Below are positions 26,326-39,410 of a stretch of 64,000 nucleotides of DNA, piece after piece. Each line of letters begins with the position of its first letter. The stretch's first letter is position 1. The position numbers were made by a program, and so were the translations under genes. Under the pieces are notes generated by a model. That model did not search any database, had not been told where the DNA came from, and saw only the letters and a program-made list of their open reading frames with translations. The stretch is taken from NCBI GenBank assembly GCA_002633005.1, contig NMRA01000798.1, forward strand, positions 59,517-123,516, given 5' to 3'. The DNA comes from Phoronis australis (Eukaryota; Animalia; Phoronida).

Positions 26326-27034
26326 CTGAAAAGAATCACACCGTAAATCACACAATCTGAGTAGATTTATGCTTTCGCTCACTTCAAATTAGCATTATTG
26401 TGTTGTTTTAGTTATGCCTTGTATTGGCTTTGGATTTGTCTTATGGTTCAAGATCAAGATCAGCCTAATTTCATATTTCAGTGGCAGAATGAAATAAACT
26501 TAACATACATAACAAAAATAATTGGACAAAATACCATTTCCTTGTCGTGATCACTATTTTGGTTAACACCAGTAATGACTAGCAACAAATATTAGGCCAA
26601 CAAAATTCGAGCTACAGAAAGCCTTATCCACCTTACTAAGGTTCCTGTTAATTCACCTTCCTTATCAGTTACTAGGAAGTCCACTTTGACAAGGTATTGG
26701 GCTTCTGCCCAGTCGTCATCGCATGGAATTTGTGGTCATCTTGTATGAATGCTTTTGCCATGTACCCTAAATGTCGTCATGAGTTAATTTCTACCAAAAG
26801 CGAAAGATTACCTGGCGATGAATTTTGACTCTGGTTTAGATAATGACATTAAAATACCTAGCTAAGTATGTATTGTACTTTACCAAACATAGCATACTAG
26901 GCAATTTACAGAGACTATGCATTTAATAAGCAAATGACTGTCACTCTTTTACCACCTTTATTTAGCACATTCTCAGGATAATCTAACAGTTAGATGACAT
27001 TCAAACTATTAGTTACGTCGCTGCAAGTGTCTAC

Positions 27035-27218
27035 CTGGGGGAGGCTGCTTCACTTGGTTGTTCCAAATAACCAACACTTTGGACAGACTGGGAGTCTTGG
27101 CCACTTGTGTGATCACACGGAACAATGACTCTAAACGGTCATAAGTTAGCAGGACAGCCGTGAAGCCAGCCGCATGCGACGGAGTTAAGGGCACAAACAG
27201 TGGATTTTTGACTCTTCC
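27035..27218 (-). CDS. EXT2: EXT2 coding exon 7 (start of GT64 domain)
   Basis: [61 protein letters not shown]; 184 nt. Confidence 0.95.
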
Positions 27219-28297
27219 CTGAAAATATTAATACGTCAACAGCAAATTCCAGAATATTAAAAATGCAATTGAAAGCAAGTGAGGATCCAGATCACTATGA
27301 TTAAGCAGATGAATAATTTGCATAATTTCCATTAACATTGTGAATATTTTTACCAATATACAGAAAGAGTTCACAGAAGCATCTCCATGTTGAAAACATA
27401 CCATAATGTATTGGCACAATGCCCACAATAATTGGAAAACAGAGGAGAATGGATCAAAGTTTCCAGGATACATGAGGTGCAAGACAATGAGAAACAGAGT
27501 GACCCAATTCTTATCATGAATTCAGTATCTCTCTTAAGGCCAAATATATGTGTTTTGACAGTGATACTACAAATATACAGCCTCGTCTTCTTCATGTTTT
27601 ATGAAGATAATGAAGACCTTCTTCTGGACACAGATTGCTGACAGACTAGCCAACAATAATTTTAGAAGAGCGCTTCTGGTCAGTGGCGCATAATAACATC
27701 TATTGATAAACTGTTCTTAACTCAGCCTTGCTTTGTCTGCTGCCAAATAACATGCATTTGTATTCACAATGTTAACACAATGTTCATGCCAAACAGCTGA
27801 TCGTAACCAATGTCTGATATCAAAGTAATGAACTCAACAACGGAGATAGGGTTATCAGCCATATTTCCAAAATACAGATCCTAACAGTAGTAGATCTAAA
27901 AATTCTCTTGAGGTCTCCTGATTCAATTGACGCATATCCACATTTTTCTTATAAGATCCCTACCAAAAGAACTAAAATAGCCACCTAGAGTTACCTTTGG
28001 GTTACAGGTAAATCTGTCTATTAATGTTACTTCAAAGTGTGGAGAACTCACTGAAATACTAAATAAAATGACATAATTTACATCTAATAAACATTTCCCG
28101 TGCTAGAGTTTTAATATGTGCGTCAATAACTCAACTTTGCCACTAGGCTACACGTGCAAACCAAAGACGTGCCCACAAGTCTAACAAGATTCTTCAAAAC
28201 ATGATTGATGTGTTAACTCTTTTACAACTAAGGATAAAATAATTTGTAGTGAGCGACAATATCTTTTAGTTAAAGGTAAAAGCTTTTGTAGACTCAC

Positions 28298-28429
28298 ACT
28301 GAAGGGTAACTCATTCCAATCTTCATACGGCTTGGCTGCATAAGGGAAAACGCGATCTTGTATGATCTGTAGGCTGGTCAATGTAATGGCCTTGATAGAG
28401 TGAAAGTAGGACTCCCAGAAAAAAGTTAC
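28298..28429 (-). CDS. EXT2: EXT2 coding exon 6
   Basis: [44 protein letters not shown]; AG/GTGAGT boundaries; 132 nt. Confidence 0.95.
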
Positions 28430-28996
28430 CTGAAAGTTTAACATGAGAAGATGCAATTAGGTTAATTATAATTAAGATTTCAGAAACTTAACCGAAAAAA
28501 ACTCAATTAGACGTAGGATTATCCCGATTAGACTATTCATCTCCCATCAGTTAATCTCTGAATGACATCAAAAAAGCATGAAAATTGTAAAAAACTGTTA
28601 AAGGGACACTGACAGTTTTATGGCCAAACAAGCATTTTGTGATTACTATTTGACAGGATAAACTTCTTGAAATTACTGGCTTTGACCTGAGTTATAAAGC
28701 AAAATCTGTTGTTTCTACAATTTTATTACAAATTACTAATTCTTGCTATTGTCTGCCTGACATTCAGTGAAATCAAGGCCGGTGACCTTACCACATAAAT
28801 ACGCTTAAGAAAATCTGGAATTTATCACTGTCTAGCTCCTCCACCAAAGTGCTTGATTATGAACGCAGGGGTTACAGACTCGATTCCACATTGAGGCTGA
28901 CTTCAAAACATTACTTTTCTCAACAACATTGTACCTTTAAGGATTCAGTATCAAACACTGAGAGTTATTTAATCCTACCCATGAGTTGGTGCATAC

Positions 28997-29090
28997 CTGT
29001 TTTCTTAATGCGTATATCTCTTCTGTTGGTATCTGTTTGACAACATCGTACACCGTGTCTAAGTCTTGTTCACGCACAACCAGAGAAGCT
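28997..29090 (-). CDS. EXT2: EXT2 coding exon 5
   Basis: ASLVVREQDLDTVYDVVKQIPTEEIYALRKQ; AG/GTATGC boundaries; 94 nt. Confidence 0.92.
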
Positions 29091-29399
29091 CTGCAGTAAG
29101 TATAAACTTTGGATCAACCTCAACATACATGCATAACATTAACTATGTCAATGTGAACAACATGGTTCACACAGGACTTAAAATGTCACACAGTGCCACA
29201 GTTATTTTTATCCTTTTACTTACCACATTTTGAAAACAAACTGACTCAGTAATTTTAACAAATAAAAATGATTTTAACAATATTTATGGAGTTTTGATTC
29301 CCTAGTAGGAAATGCACACACACGCACGCACGCACACACACATATGCACACTCATGCACACACAAACATACACTAAAATAATTTTGCAAAAACACTCAC

Positions 29400-29539
29400 C
29401 TTTTCCAGTCAAGTACTTCAGAGAAAGGTAGAACATACGAATCAGCTACGATAACTGGAATACAGCCACTTCTAAGGGCGTCACTCAGATCTGGTTGTCC
29501 AAGCCGGGTCCCTCGAGTGATTACACAAAAAGTACAGTC
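29400..29539 (-). CDS. EXT2: EXT2 coding exon 4
   Basis: [46 protein letters not shown](R); AG/GTGAGT boundaries; 140 nt. Confidence 0.96.
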
Positions 29540-29739
29540 CTGCAAGTGCAACTCAGCACAATAAATAGAATACAGGTGCTTTTGAATGAGCCACTTAAAA
29601 TATACTGTGTTCTAATGCCAATAATATCGGGGCTTTCCAAAAGAAGCCCTGCCTACATAAAGCCCGGGAAACAAGGGCTGAGAAAGTCCCCCCATGGGGT
29701 CTATTACTGGATACTTTTGCATTTCTGGCACTAGACAGT

Positions 29740-29855
29740 GACCATCATCTCTAGCCAAACTAGAGGCGGTGAAACTCTTACAGGCGTTTCATACGCCAGA
29801 AGCTTTTTGGCGAATTATGCCTCACACTGATTAAAAATCAAAGTCACGGTGTTAA
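29740..29855. repeat. Short interspersed repeat (3 copies within the EXT2 locus)
   Basis: AAGCTTTTTGGCGAATTATGCCTCACACTGATT also occurs at ~18945-19055 and, inverted, at ~34335-34435. Confidence 0.65.
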
Positions 29856-30562
29856 GTACCTTTTGTGTATACAGGGACAAATTAGGAGGCCAGGCAGTCC
29901 TTTGTTCAGTAGCCCAAATCAGCAGTTGGCCATTTTTAATACTGCGCGCCAAGAGATACGACATTATACTTATAACAATGTGTCAGCTAGAGACGGTGGT
30001 CACTGTTTCTTCTGGCACAGGACAATGGTACAGAAAATGTGGAAAAACTCGATTATATTTCCATTTTGGCTCTGAAGACAACCATTATAATATCTCAAGT
30101 TTATGGATGCTTTGTCAACAGAAGCGTTACCCAGTTACTCTGACAGTAGCCACACAGCTGATCAAGTGATACTACCTCAGATGCCACAACCACTGCATTA
30201 CATTTTTTTAATCTCACAAACAGTGATTTACTCTCCCTTATAGTACTTTCATAGCCCTCTGATAAATGAGGCCGTTGTCATAAACAAAAAGTTTCCGAAA
30301 GAGCCGCGCCACCTTCTTCCGAAATTCCTAATACAGCACTGTGTTACATGTTTAAAATATCATGCACATCTCATATAGGTTTGGAAATGCAAAACGAGTG
30401 TTAGTGGAGGTATTCTATTTATTCATGACCAAAAGTGGATGCGAAATGATGCAAACAAGGGCCAAGAGCACGTGCAACACCTTCGCCAAACAGGTTGAAT
30501 GTCTATGAAAGACGTACTTGAACAGTACCAAAGGCAGAAAACATGGATTTATGGCAAATTAC

Positions 30563-30743
30563 CTGCAAAGCATGCGGGTATTCAAACACTTCACCCTTGT
30601 AGCACCTTTGAGTATAGTTGTTCTCGCCGCATGGCTCACTAACTATCACATCGTTATGTTGCTCAGCAAGCGTCTTTAATACACTTTGGTACTCAGAGTG
30701 TAAACCCAGTTGAAAGGATGCCAGTAACCACCGACGACTCTCA
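30563..30743 (-). CDS. EXT2: EXT2 coding exon 3
   Basis: ESRRWLLASFQLGLHSEYQSVLKTLAEQ...RCYKGEVFEYPHALQ; 181 nt. The acceptor could shift 6 nt to an in-phase downstream AG. Confidence 0.88.
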
Positions 30744-31768
30744 CTAGAAGACGAACAAAGTTTGCAATCATCCACTATAAATTAGGTACTTCCACTGCAA
30801 TCGTTGGCAACAGAACAGGGTAAGCAACAGCATATTGTGACATCTACAATGACCATCAATTGTCATACAATACCAAACAATGTCGGTATAAGACAGATTA
30901 GAATCAGTGAACCCACAATCGATAGTGTACCCATGATCGACACTCTCAAGAGTATACCAGTGTTGCCTGTTACACTGAATTCCATTCGTGTCTAAGACGC
31001 AAACAGCTTTCACTGTGTGCGTGCCATCTTGTTTACTGAGTCATGCATGAGCACAATCTAGCTTTTTTGAAAATGGGCAATAATTTGACGTGGCACAGGA
31101 AGCAGGCGACTAGGAAGTTTCCATCTTTGAGAAAAAAACACAACTTGAAGCAGAAATGTAAATTTACTGAAAATTCCTCAATTTAACTGAATTGAATTAT
31201 GACTTGTCATGAAATACCTTCGACTTCTAGAAATGTGCTTTCAGAAACACTGATTTATTTTGGGGGGGGGTTGGGGTCAATTATGGGTACACACTTTCGT
31301 GAGTCAAATGAGTTGTCTTCTATCACTTGTAAAAAAATTTTGTCTCGACTGATTTTCTCTCAGGTGACACCATTCCAAAGTCAAGGAAAATGTTTTAGTA
31401 CAATGAGTAAGCTTTTCCAGAAATACCACAGAATTCACATGGAAGGGCAAAATACAGTAGAAAGGTGTAGAAATGGGTAAACTATTACTAACCGTAGTTT
31501 AGCAGGTCACTTATAGACTCAAGTGTACATTATAGCAAAATCTAACTTATCTGAAGAACCAAATGCAAGAATAGAACAATTGACCATATGATGGAATATT
31601 ATCTCGAGATAAACCAAGATCTAACATGCTGCATTCAACTACTGCCAGTTTTACTGGGCAGTATTTACATGTACCAATCTTTGTGAAAAGTCTCATCATT
31701 AAAATGTCGTACAAGATGAACAGGAATATTGTGCAACTAATGTTGATCAGCACACACACAACACATAC

Positions 31769-31975
31769 AAAACTGGTCTATGAGGGAGTATTAAATGTGC
31801 CAAGAGTGGATTGTAAACAGGAATCGAGACATCGTATGCAGGTCTGTAGGTCCACGATGAGAATCCTCCTCCTAGAATAATGGCCTTGCCATGATCAACC
31901 TCAAGCACACTGTGATAGTCCGGCACAGTACCAGGTAACATATTAAACAGCAGGTGATTTGCACCATCGCTCCAT
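31769..31975 (-). CDS. EXT2: EXT2 coding exon 2
   Basis: [57 protein letters not shown]...; AG/GTATGT boundaries; 207 nt. Confidence 0.95.
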
Positions 31976-32419
31976 CTACAAACACACAATTACAACACAG
32001 ATTAGCGCCTGGTGTATATATGAGGCAGAGTACAAAAACAGAGATATACATTTACCCCAATGTTTCAAATTCATCTTCATACACTTAATTCTCCCTTGGT
32101 GATTGCTGTGCAACACAACAGGAAAAGCAGATGAAATACTGTAACCACCGTCAAAGTTGAAAGACAGCCTCCCCTCCCCTCTTATAATTTGGCTGTGGTG
32201 AATCTCCACCACTAATTAATGTTCATCAGCTCCTTAAACACAAGTAACAGTGCACAATTCAAGCTAATTATAGGCCAATTCAATCAAACTTTGAAAGCAC
32301 ATCCCTGAAAAGGAAACGAGAGCAGCTTTTTTTGCTAAAAGTTCCAACTATAAAGCACTGTATAAAGGTTGTCGATAATTCCGCTAAGCAACACTGTGCC
32401 ACACCTTACAGAAACTCAC

Positions 32420-32913
32420 CCATGATGGCTTGCTAGTACTTGACTTGCTTGTTCTAAACGTAAATTATTCTGGTTCAAGAAGTCCACAAAAGGCACAAGA
32501 AGACAAGCAGAACCAGGATCGTGGGTTATGTATTCACTGCCTTGGATTGCCTTGACTATTTCCAAGAATTCATGCGATGGAGGAAAAAAGACAGGCATTC
32601 CATCAGAGTCTACATACTTTTCTTGTGGGTAGACATAGACAGAAATTCTTGATCCAGGATCAGTACCACACCTATGAACTTCAAAACATGAGTGGTAGGA
32701 GCAGTTCACTTCCCTTGCATTTGATTTGGGGCTGTCTGCATGGATAACAGAGCGCTTGTTGCGGTGCAGCATGGATTCATCTCCATCGTCAATAACATGC
32801 GGCCAGAACTGGAGCACACCAGTCACTAAAAGCCCACAAATGACAACCAGAAGAAGAAGAATGTAAAAGTTTTTGAACTTGCTTCCGTGTTTAAGGCCCA
32901 TTTGTCGTGTCAT
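32420..32913 (-). CDS. EXT2: EXT2 coding exon 1 (type II membrane anchor, start of GT47/exostosin domain)
   Basis: MTRQMGLKHGSKFKNFYILLLLVVICGLLVTGVLQFWPH...CSYHSCFEVHRC...ISVYVYP...DPGSACLLVPFVDFLNQNNLR; GTGAGT donor at 32419. Confidence 0.93.
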
Positions 32914-33134
32914 TCTGTGATGTATGATTCACGTGATAGACCACCTTAATGTGTTAGGCCACTTTCATACCTACACCCAAATACAAATAATAAAAATGAT
33001 GCATCTTCAAACCAGCATTGAACAGTTACATCATCACACTAATCAATTCAAGGCAATGAACAGAGAAATGCAATCAATGAAAATTTATAGACTAAACTCA
33101 AAGCACATGCATATTTAGTATTATATGATTTGTT

Positions 33135-33600
33135 TTGATAAGGGGACAACTTTGCAGCTAGATGAGGATGACTTTGTGGCGAGACGAAAGAAACTACTTT
33201 GTGGCGAGATGAGGGTGATGACTTTGGACTGAGACGAAGGAAATGACTTTGGGTTGAGACATTGGGATGACTTTGGGTTGAGACGATTAGGATGACTTTG
33301 GCAGAGATGATGGGGACAACTTTGGGATGAGATAAAGGGAACGACCTTGGGGTGAGATGCAGGGAGTAACAGTAGGACAAGATGAATGAGATAACTTTGG
33401 GCGAGAAGAAGAGGGCAACTTTGGGGCAAGATGAAGTTGAAGACTCTGGGGCGAGATGCAGGGAGTGACTTTAAGGCAAGATGAAGAGGATGGTTCTAGG
33501 TGAAACGAAGGGAATGACTCTGGGGTGCAATGAGGGGGATGACTGAGACGAGATGAAGGGGATGACTTTGGGAGAGATAAAGGGGATGACTGAGGCGGAT
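33135..33600. repeat. Purine-rich ~20-22 bp degenerate minisatellite
   Basis: Roughly 20 GAGATGAAGGGGATGACTTTGGG-like units; these produce the spurious Ser/Pro-rich ORFs on the minus strand. Confidence 0.85.
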
Positions 33601-35001
33601 GTTGATGAATTTTAAATTGGTTGAAAAAACAATAACAATGTTCACAACATATGAAGCACATCATTATCAAGAAATGCAGTTGAAACAACCAAAAATGTGA
33701 GATTTTATTGAAAAATTAGAGCAATAACCGCCATCAAAGGATTGAAGTTTGGGGTAACTAGAAGACCACTATTACACAAGACAATATTCCCAATGGTTAT
33801 AAAATGACAAAGATACTAAAACTTTTTCCACAAGAACATTATGAACAGTACTACAGTCAAGTGACCTAATTAGGTACACTATGTGTAGTTATGAAGATTG
33901 TTATTACAAAACCACAGTTGATTAAGAGGCAGTAGTTCACAGCAAACTTGCACAAGTCGATCAGATTGTCAGGAAATTTGATGGCTGAATACAGTGCATA
34001 AATTCGTGACTGAAAAGGGGACAAAATTGTGTTTTCTAGCTAACATTTTTCATTCTTGGGAAAGTGCATGTTCTCGCAAACATTTTTGATCTTAGATAAA
34101 ACTAATGTTCTCGTGGACATATTTTATCCCTGAGATAGCACCTGTGAGGCTAACTTCATTGTCAAATATCTTCGCACATCTTATAGTTGTCACGAAAAAA
34201 TATGAGTATAATAAAGAGTTTGATCATTGCTACAGCTGGGAAACACAAATTTTGCAGAAACATTTTACTGTATACTACAAGGTAGCTGAGCTGACCCAGT
34301 TAAGATGGTAGTATTGCCTAATTGAGTACATATCCCAACACAATTTTGATGGTCTAATCAGTCTGAGGCATAATTCGCCGAAAAGCTTCAGGCATATGGA
34401 GGGCCACCGTCTCTAGGGACAGTAGACAATGGTAAGGCAGACAGATGACATCCCCACGGCCACAATTCTTTGTATCCGTTTACATTATTGTTTGACCTCA
34501 AGCACATATATTGGCTGTTATGTTCCTGTTCGGCCTTCAATTTTGTTGATGGAATGAAGGATTATTTGGAAACTGTTGATTGCGAAAGTATTTGTTTGAT
34601 TGGGAAGGATTAAAAGATTTCAACTGCCTTCACTTTCAGGCTTCAAGCCTTCAAACTAAGACTCAACTAGGACAAGCCAGCCGTGGCACCAAGGTCCGTC
34701 TACAAAACTACAAAAGGTACGTCAGTACACACACTGGTTAAGCCATAGACATCCAATCACAAATAGGCATAACCTGATTGGAAAGTAAGTCATAGAGAGT
34801 GACACAGTACTAGCTATAGGGAAGAAACTAAAATTAAGACTAACGTGATCTATCGTGATCACTGACACGGTGGAGTGTCGACTGTGTCGTGATGTCCTCA
34901 CAGCTTCAGTTCAGCCTAGCGTAATTGGCAGAAAATCTTACGGCGTACCGGCGTACAAGAAGATGTACTGGTACCACCACCGATGAACGTATTCTGCTTA
35001 C

Positions 35002-35915
35002 GCTGAGTAAATGGTCAATATTATACCCATGTTTACACTTCCGATAGCTCAAAACGTAGCGAAATACACGTAAATGTGAGAAATTTCATAGGAATGTCTT
35101 CCCATGGTGATTTCCGCTTCCTGACACAGACTCATTTGTCAATCGCTAGGTGGCAGTCTGGGAGTCGTCTCCAGAGCCTCGGATTTAGCCGGGGGCAGTG
35201 CCCCGGCCGGCGGTTGCACTAAACAGTCCCAAATAGCGACTCAGCTAAGTTCCCTAAACCTACTGCGTATTTGTGGAATTGGGAAAACACTTGCTGTATT
35301 TTTTTAGCTGAGTGAGTTTCATTAATAAGTCAATTTTTGACTTCCATCGATAAAACTCGAACGTTGAAACTGAGATCCTCCATCACAGAGGGATCTTTTC
35401 ATGCAACGCGGCCCCTGAGTTAAGGAATAAGTCCCTAATTATTTTGACTGAATTACAGTGGCGGATCTAGGATACCAGAAGGGGAGGCCAAGATGTTGCT
35501 TCGGGAAAAGCGCGGTTGTATGTGTACAGGCGTCCCGAAAGTTGCGTGGGCCGGGAGCCGTATAAACTTTGTGCACGGTTCAGAAACTCTATGGACTAAA
35601 GGAAAAACAAAGCGGGAACGTAATCTGCCCCCCCCCCCCTTCTCCACTACCGGTCCTAATTATATTTCGTCACGCTCGCGCTGTTCCTGTTGTTGCTGTT
35701 TCACATTTGCTTTCGGCAGCCAAGGGGGGAGGGTACCCCCTGGGCCCCCCTAAATCCGCCTATAAGGGCTCAGTTTTTTGGCTTTAGAGGCAGTACATGT
35801 CGGGATTTGCAACGGAAGTGGCTTTTGGAGGTGGTGGCTGATGCTGATGAGAGAAGCGCCGTGCCGGTTGTGTTTCAGTTAGCCAAGCAGACCTTTCAAA
35901 CTGAGCTTCGGTCGG
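35002..35915. promoter_or_regulatory. Candidate bidirectional promoter region and EXT2 non-coding first exon
   Basis: Minus strand: tandem ETS-like CAGGAAGCGGAA (35112-35123), donor GTAAGC at 35001, and an acceptor ending at 32971 upstream of the EXT2 ATG. CTCF-like CGCTAGGTGGCAG at 35144-35156. Plus strand: CGGAAGTG at 35813-35820 and donor GTATGT at 35915. Inferred from motifs only. Confidence 0.45.
35456..35764. mobile_element. MITE of the same CAGTGGCGGATCTAGG family
   Basis: CAGTGGCGGATCTAGGATACC...CCCCTAAATCCGCCTATA; left end matches 21782-21810. Confidence 0.65.
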
Positions 35916-36089
35916 TATGTTTCGGGGTATTATTTGTCGCAACATATAGCAGTCTCAGAAAAGTCGTCAAATGAATTTTAATTCAGTTGACTTAAAAGCC
36001 AAAAATGTATAAACACCAAAGAGTTATAACTGGTATAATACCCTTTGCATGAATTGGAGACATTATAATTATCGTAAAGTATTTTTCAA

Positions 36090-37125
36090 AGTCGGCTTAT
36101 ATGAGCACACACTCGTCGGTAATGGTGGGGCTCTTGCATCTAGGCCTACAGTCAACTAAAAGGAAATTCAAAAAATGGAAATGACAACTGAGGTTCCTTC
36201 GATCACAGAATTTGTGTCTCAGTGAACGTTTTATTCTGAATGAGGACTTTGTGCATTTAATAGTCTATTTAAGATGTCAGACGTGTGGGAAAAGATAGCA
36301 CCCAACCATTAAAAATTTTCTGAGCATAGGCAAAGCAAAATCAATCCGTACATCAATGAATTACAACGAATGTAATTCATCGATACATTTGCAGGAAAGT
36401 GTTCTTCAAAATGTCAGCTCACATGAGCACCTGCTTCTATTTAATGATGGGACTATACCTAGCTTACAGTCAACGTGCCCATGTCTTTGCAAAGTCCTGA
36501 GTCCACACTTTTAGAATATAGTGAATGCGCAGACTGAAGGGAAAGAAGAAAGTAACACAAAGTGGTTCTTGGGACACACAATTCGTCTCCCAACGACTCA
36601 CTCGTAGACTACAGGAGTGTTATTATGTCGCTTTGATTCTCCCATTAGGAATTAACAAGAAAACTGGCAGCTAAGGGGCTACATAGGCAATTCTTCAAGG
36701 CCTGGCAAAGTTAGACAAAAGTTAGTTAATACAAAAATGGAAATGACAACTGTGGTTCCTTAGACCACACAATTTGTATCTAATCGAACCTTTATCTGAC
36801 TAAAATATCGTACAACTAATATATACGTAATTAAGATGTCGAACTTGTGAAAAATATAGCACCGACTATAAAGAATACCTGAGAGTATGTGTGCGAAGGG
36901 CATTGACGTTAGTATGTGGGCTGATGTTCGAACATTGTGATTATCAATCTTGCAGAATGTCTAGTAGGCCTGATCGGGGCACTCCGGCGTTATGAAGTGT
37001 GTCTTTCAAAAATCACCTTACATGAGAACACGCTCCTACTGGTGGAGCTATACCTAGTCTACGATCAACAATCCCATGTCGTTGCAACCTTTTTGAGCAC
37101 ACGACTTTAGAATGTAGTAAATGTC
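36090..37125. repeat. Old local tandem duplication (~560 bp period)
   Basis: AAAATGGAAATGACAACTG at 36172 and 36734; ATGAGCAC..CTACAGTCAAC-like blocks at ~36100, 36422 and 37022. Confidence 0.7.
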
Positions 37126-37134
37126 CACTCTGAA

Positions 37135-37395
37135 CAGGGGGCGGATCCAGGATTTTGAGTTGGGGGGAGGGGCCAGGGCAGAGTGTTAGCCAGGATTTTG
37201 CCCGTCAGACATTCGTACCCCCGAACTGCCAAATGGAGAATGCAGAATTTTAGGGGGGGGNTTAGGGTGGGCCAGGGCAGAGTATTAGCCAGGATTTTGC
37301 CCGTCAGACATTCGCACCCCCGAACTGCCAAATGGGATCTGGGAGAGTTTAGGGGAGGCCATGGGCTCCTTGGCCCCCCTCTAAATCCGCCACTG
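37135..37395. mobile_element. MITE with CAGGGGGCGGATCCAG / AAATCCGCCACTG TIRs
   Basis: Inverted termini visible. The internal ~65 bp duplication straddles a single n at 37261. Confidence 0.6.
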
Positions 37396-38759
37396 ATTTT
37401 TACCAAAATATGTCAATTTCAAAAAATACTAAAACGATCATTTGTAATGTTGAATATCAGTTTCTGGAAACCGTTCCTGGCTGTTCTGCCAATCCTTAAT
37501 GAAGTGAAATGAAGCAGTGCAGCTTTGCAGTTCGGTTTGTAAAGCGAAGAATCATTTACAGCCGCGTAACATCCCAGAGAGCCTGTTCCGCATTTTTCTC
37601 GAATTAATGGCCCCACATAATGTGACGTATTCACTAAAATGAGGAATATGAAATATGCAGCACGTACATGCGTGTAGACTGCAGTGAATAAATTATTCTG
37701 TAAAATAGAAAAGTAAGCTCTGGAAGTTGAGACGAATTAACGATTCCTCAATATTCTACGATTTACAAGTGCTCGCCACTGAGGGACCACGATCCCTAAG
37801 GCAACTATCAGTGTTCACGAATGTGAAGACTGACGAACGACCAGTGGCTTACTTCGTCGTAGGCACCATGCAGTTCAGATTTTGAAAGTAGCTATTCACA
37901 TGCAATTCCCACGAAGATCTCTGTGGTTTCTTCACTGCAGGATCACACGAGGAACGATTTTCTATTGAGAACACTCTTTCGGTATTCAGTTTCTCTAAAA
38001 CTAAGGCGGGTTTATTGATCTTGTTTGTGTAACGACGTGGTTACCTCAGTGGTTATTGCACTTCCATTGCTTGATTGAATTTGAAAAGTTCCTCTTCATC
38101 AGTGATAACTTGATAATTAATTCAGATATACTTCAAATCTACTGCGACCGCCTCTACTGAAGTGCTCGTAGTTTATTGGAAAGTGCAACAACCCCTTCCG
38201 AGAAGCAATAGAATGACCTATTGATTTTTTCCCTTTGAGTGCAAGGGATAGCTGTGTCAGATTGCTGCCATTTTCTTGAGGGCCCGCACTGTGATGAGAT
38301 GGTGTCATACCCGGTATTTGACGGACGATACAGGTGCGTGACTTCAGTTATTAATTACTGTTAGGTCTGGCTGGTACAGTTCTCCAACTATGATAACAGG
38401 TCGTTGTAATACATGTAAATTTTAATTGATGGGTGTGTTTTAGTTGTACTCTGGGTTGTACTCATGTATTAGTGTTTGGATCGTGATGACGCATATTTAT
38501 TTAAATGGGTGGATGTATCCTTTTATCAAATGTATTGCACCACTGAGACATTTCTTATGACTTGCTGCTACATTCGGTTGTCTTTAACGCTCTTTCTAAT
38601 CCCGACTAACAATTGTCCTAAGATATACTTACTGGAGCCCTAGCATGTTCAGAAAGAACGAAAAAAAAAAAACGAAATGACGTTCAGGGTCACAAAATGC
38701 ATGCTCAATGGTGTTAACTGAATTACTCTGCAGATGTCACAACAATTGTGAGTGTAGCA

Positions 38760-39410
38760 TTAGCTCCCGGATTCTATGCGTCCTGGGTTCTATGGGTCCC
38801 TTTTTGCGTTCTATAGTCCAGAGATTAAGCGGACGAGTGTGTAAGTTTTAGCTACAGTCGCTATTTTAGCCTCACATGACGATTTTGAGGTGCTTTTTCG
38901 ATGCTGATACAGGGCAAAAAATTCTACAAGTAATAAGGCAATGTGCTATTTTTATGCATCCTCCTCAACGGATCCTGGTCGTTGTCGGATTATCAAATGT
39001 CCCTTGGAATTTTCGAATGCAAGATCACTTGCTGAAAATGCGCCTTTAGTTTGTGATTTTATGTTGATTTTCTTGGCTGGTTGAGTGCTGACCAGGAACA
39101 CATAGAACCCGGTGTGAAAGTATCAATTGTCCCCCCCGGAGAAATTGTGCGGCTTGCGTGTATTTGAATGAAGCATCCGAGTAATCCGCGTCTGAATAAG
39201 ATGCCTGTATGTTGGCATTCCAATACATGCAGCTAAGACATTCTCTACAGCTAGGTGGACAATCACAACTACTACAACGGGACACACAGAACTTGGAACA
39301 TATAAAACCCTTCTGATGAACAGAAAACTTAACATGCAGAACCCGGGACAAAAAACCCCGATATGCATAAAATTGGGACATATAAAACCCGTGGAACATA
39401 GAACCCCTAA
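38760..39410. mobile_element. MITE-like insertion with inverted subterminal repeats
   Basis: Left GGGTTCTATG-type repeats (38768-38800) versus right GGAACATAGAACCC repeats (39095-39407). Absent from the other array units. Confidence 0.55.

Noticed and set aside
33048-33688. Three overlapping 100-130 aa Ser/Pro/His-rich ORFs
   Set aside because: They are by-products of a purine-rich minisatellite that is poor in stop codons on the minus strand.
34355-34390. CTGAGGCATAATTCGCCGAAA as a hammerhead core
   Set aside because: It lacks CUGANGA, and the sister copies at ~19010 and ~29810 read CAAAAA instead of CGAAA.
37170-37335. ~65 bp direct repeat inside a MITE
   Set aside because: It straddles the n at 37261 and is probably an assembly artefact.
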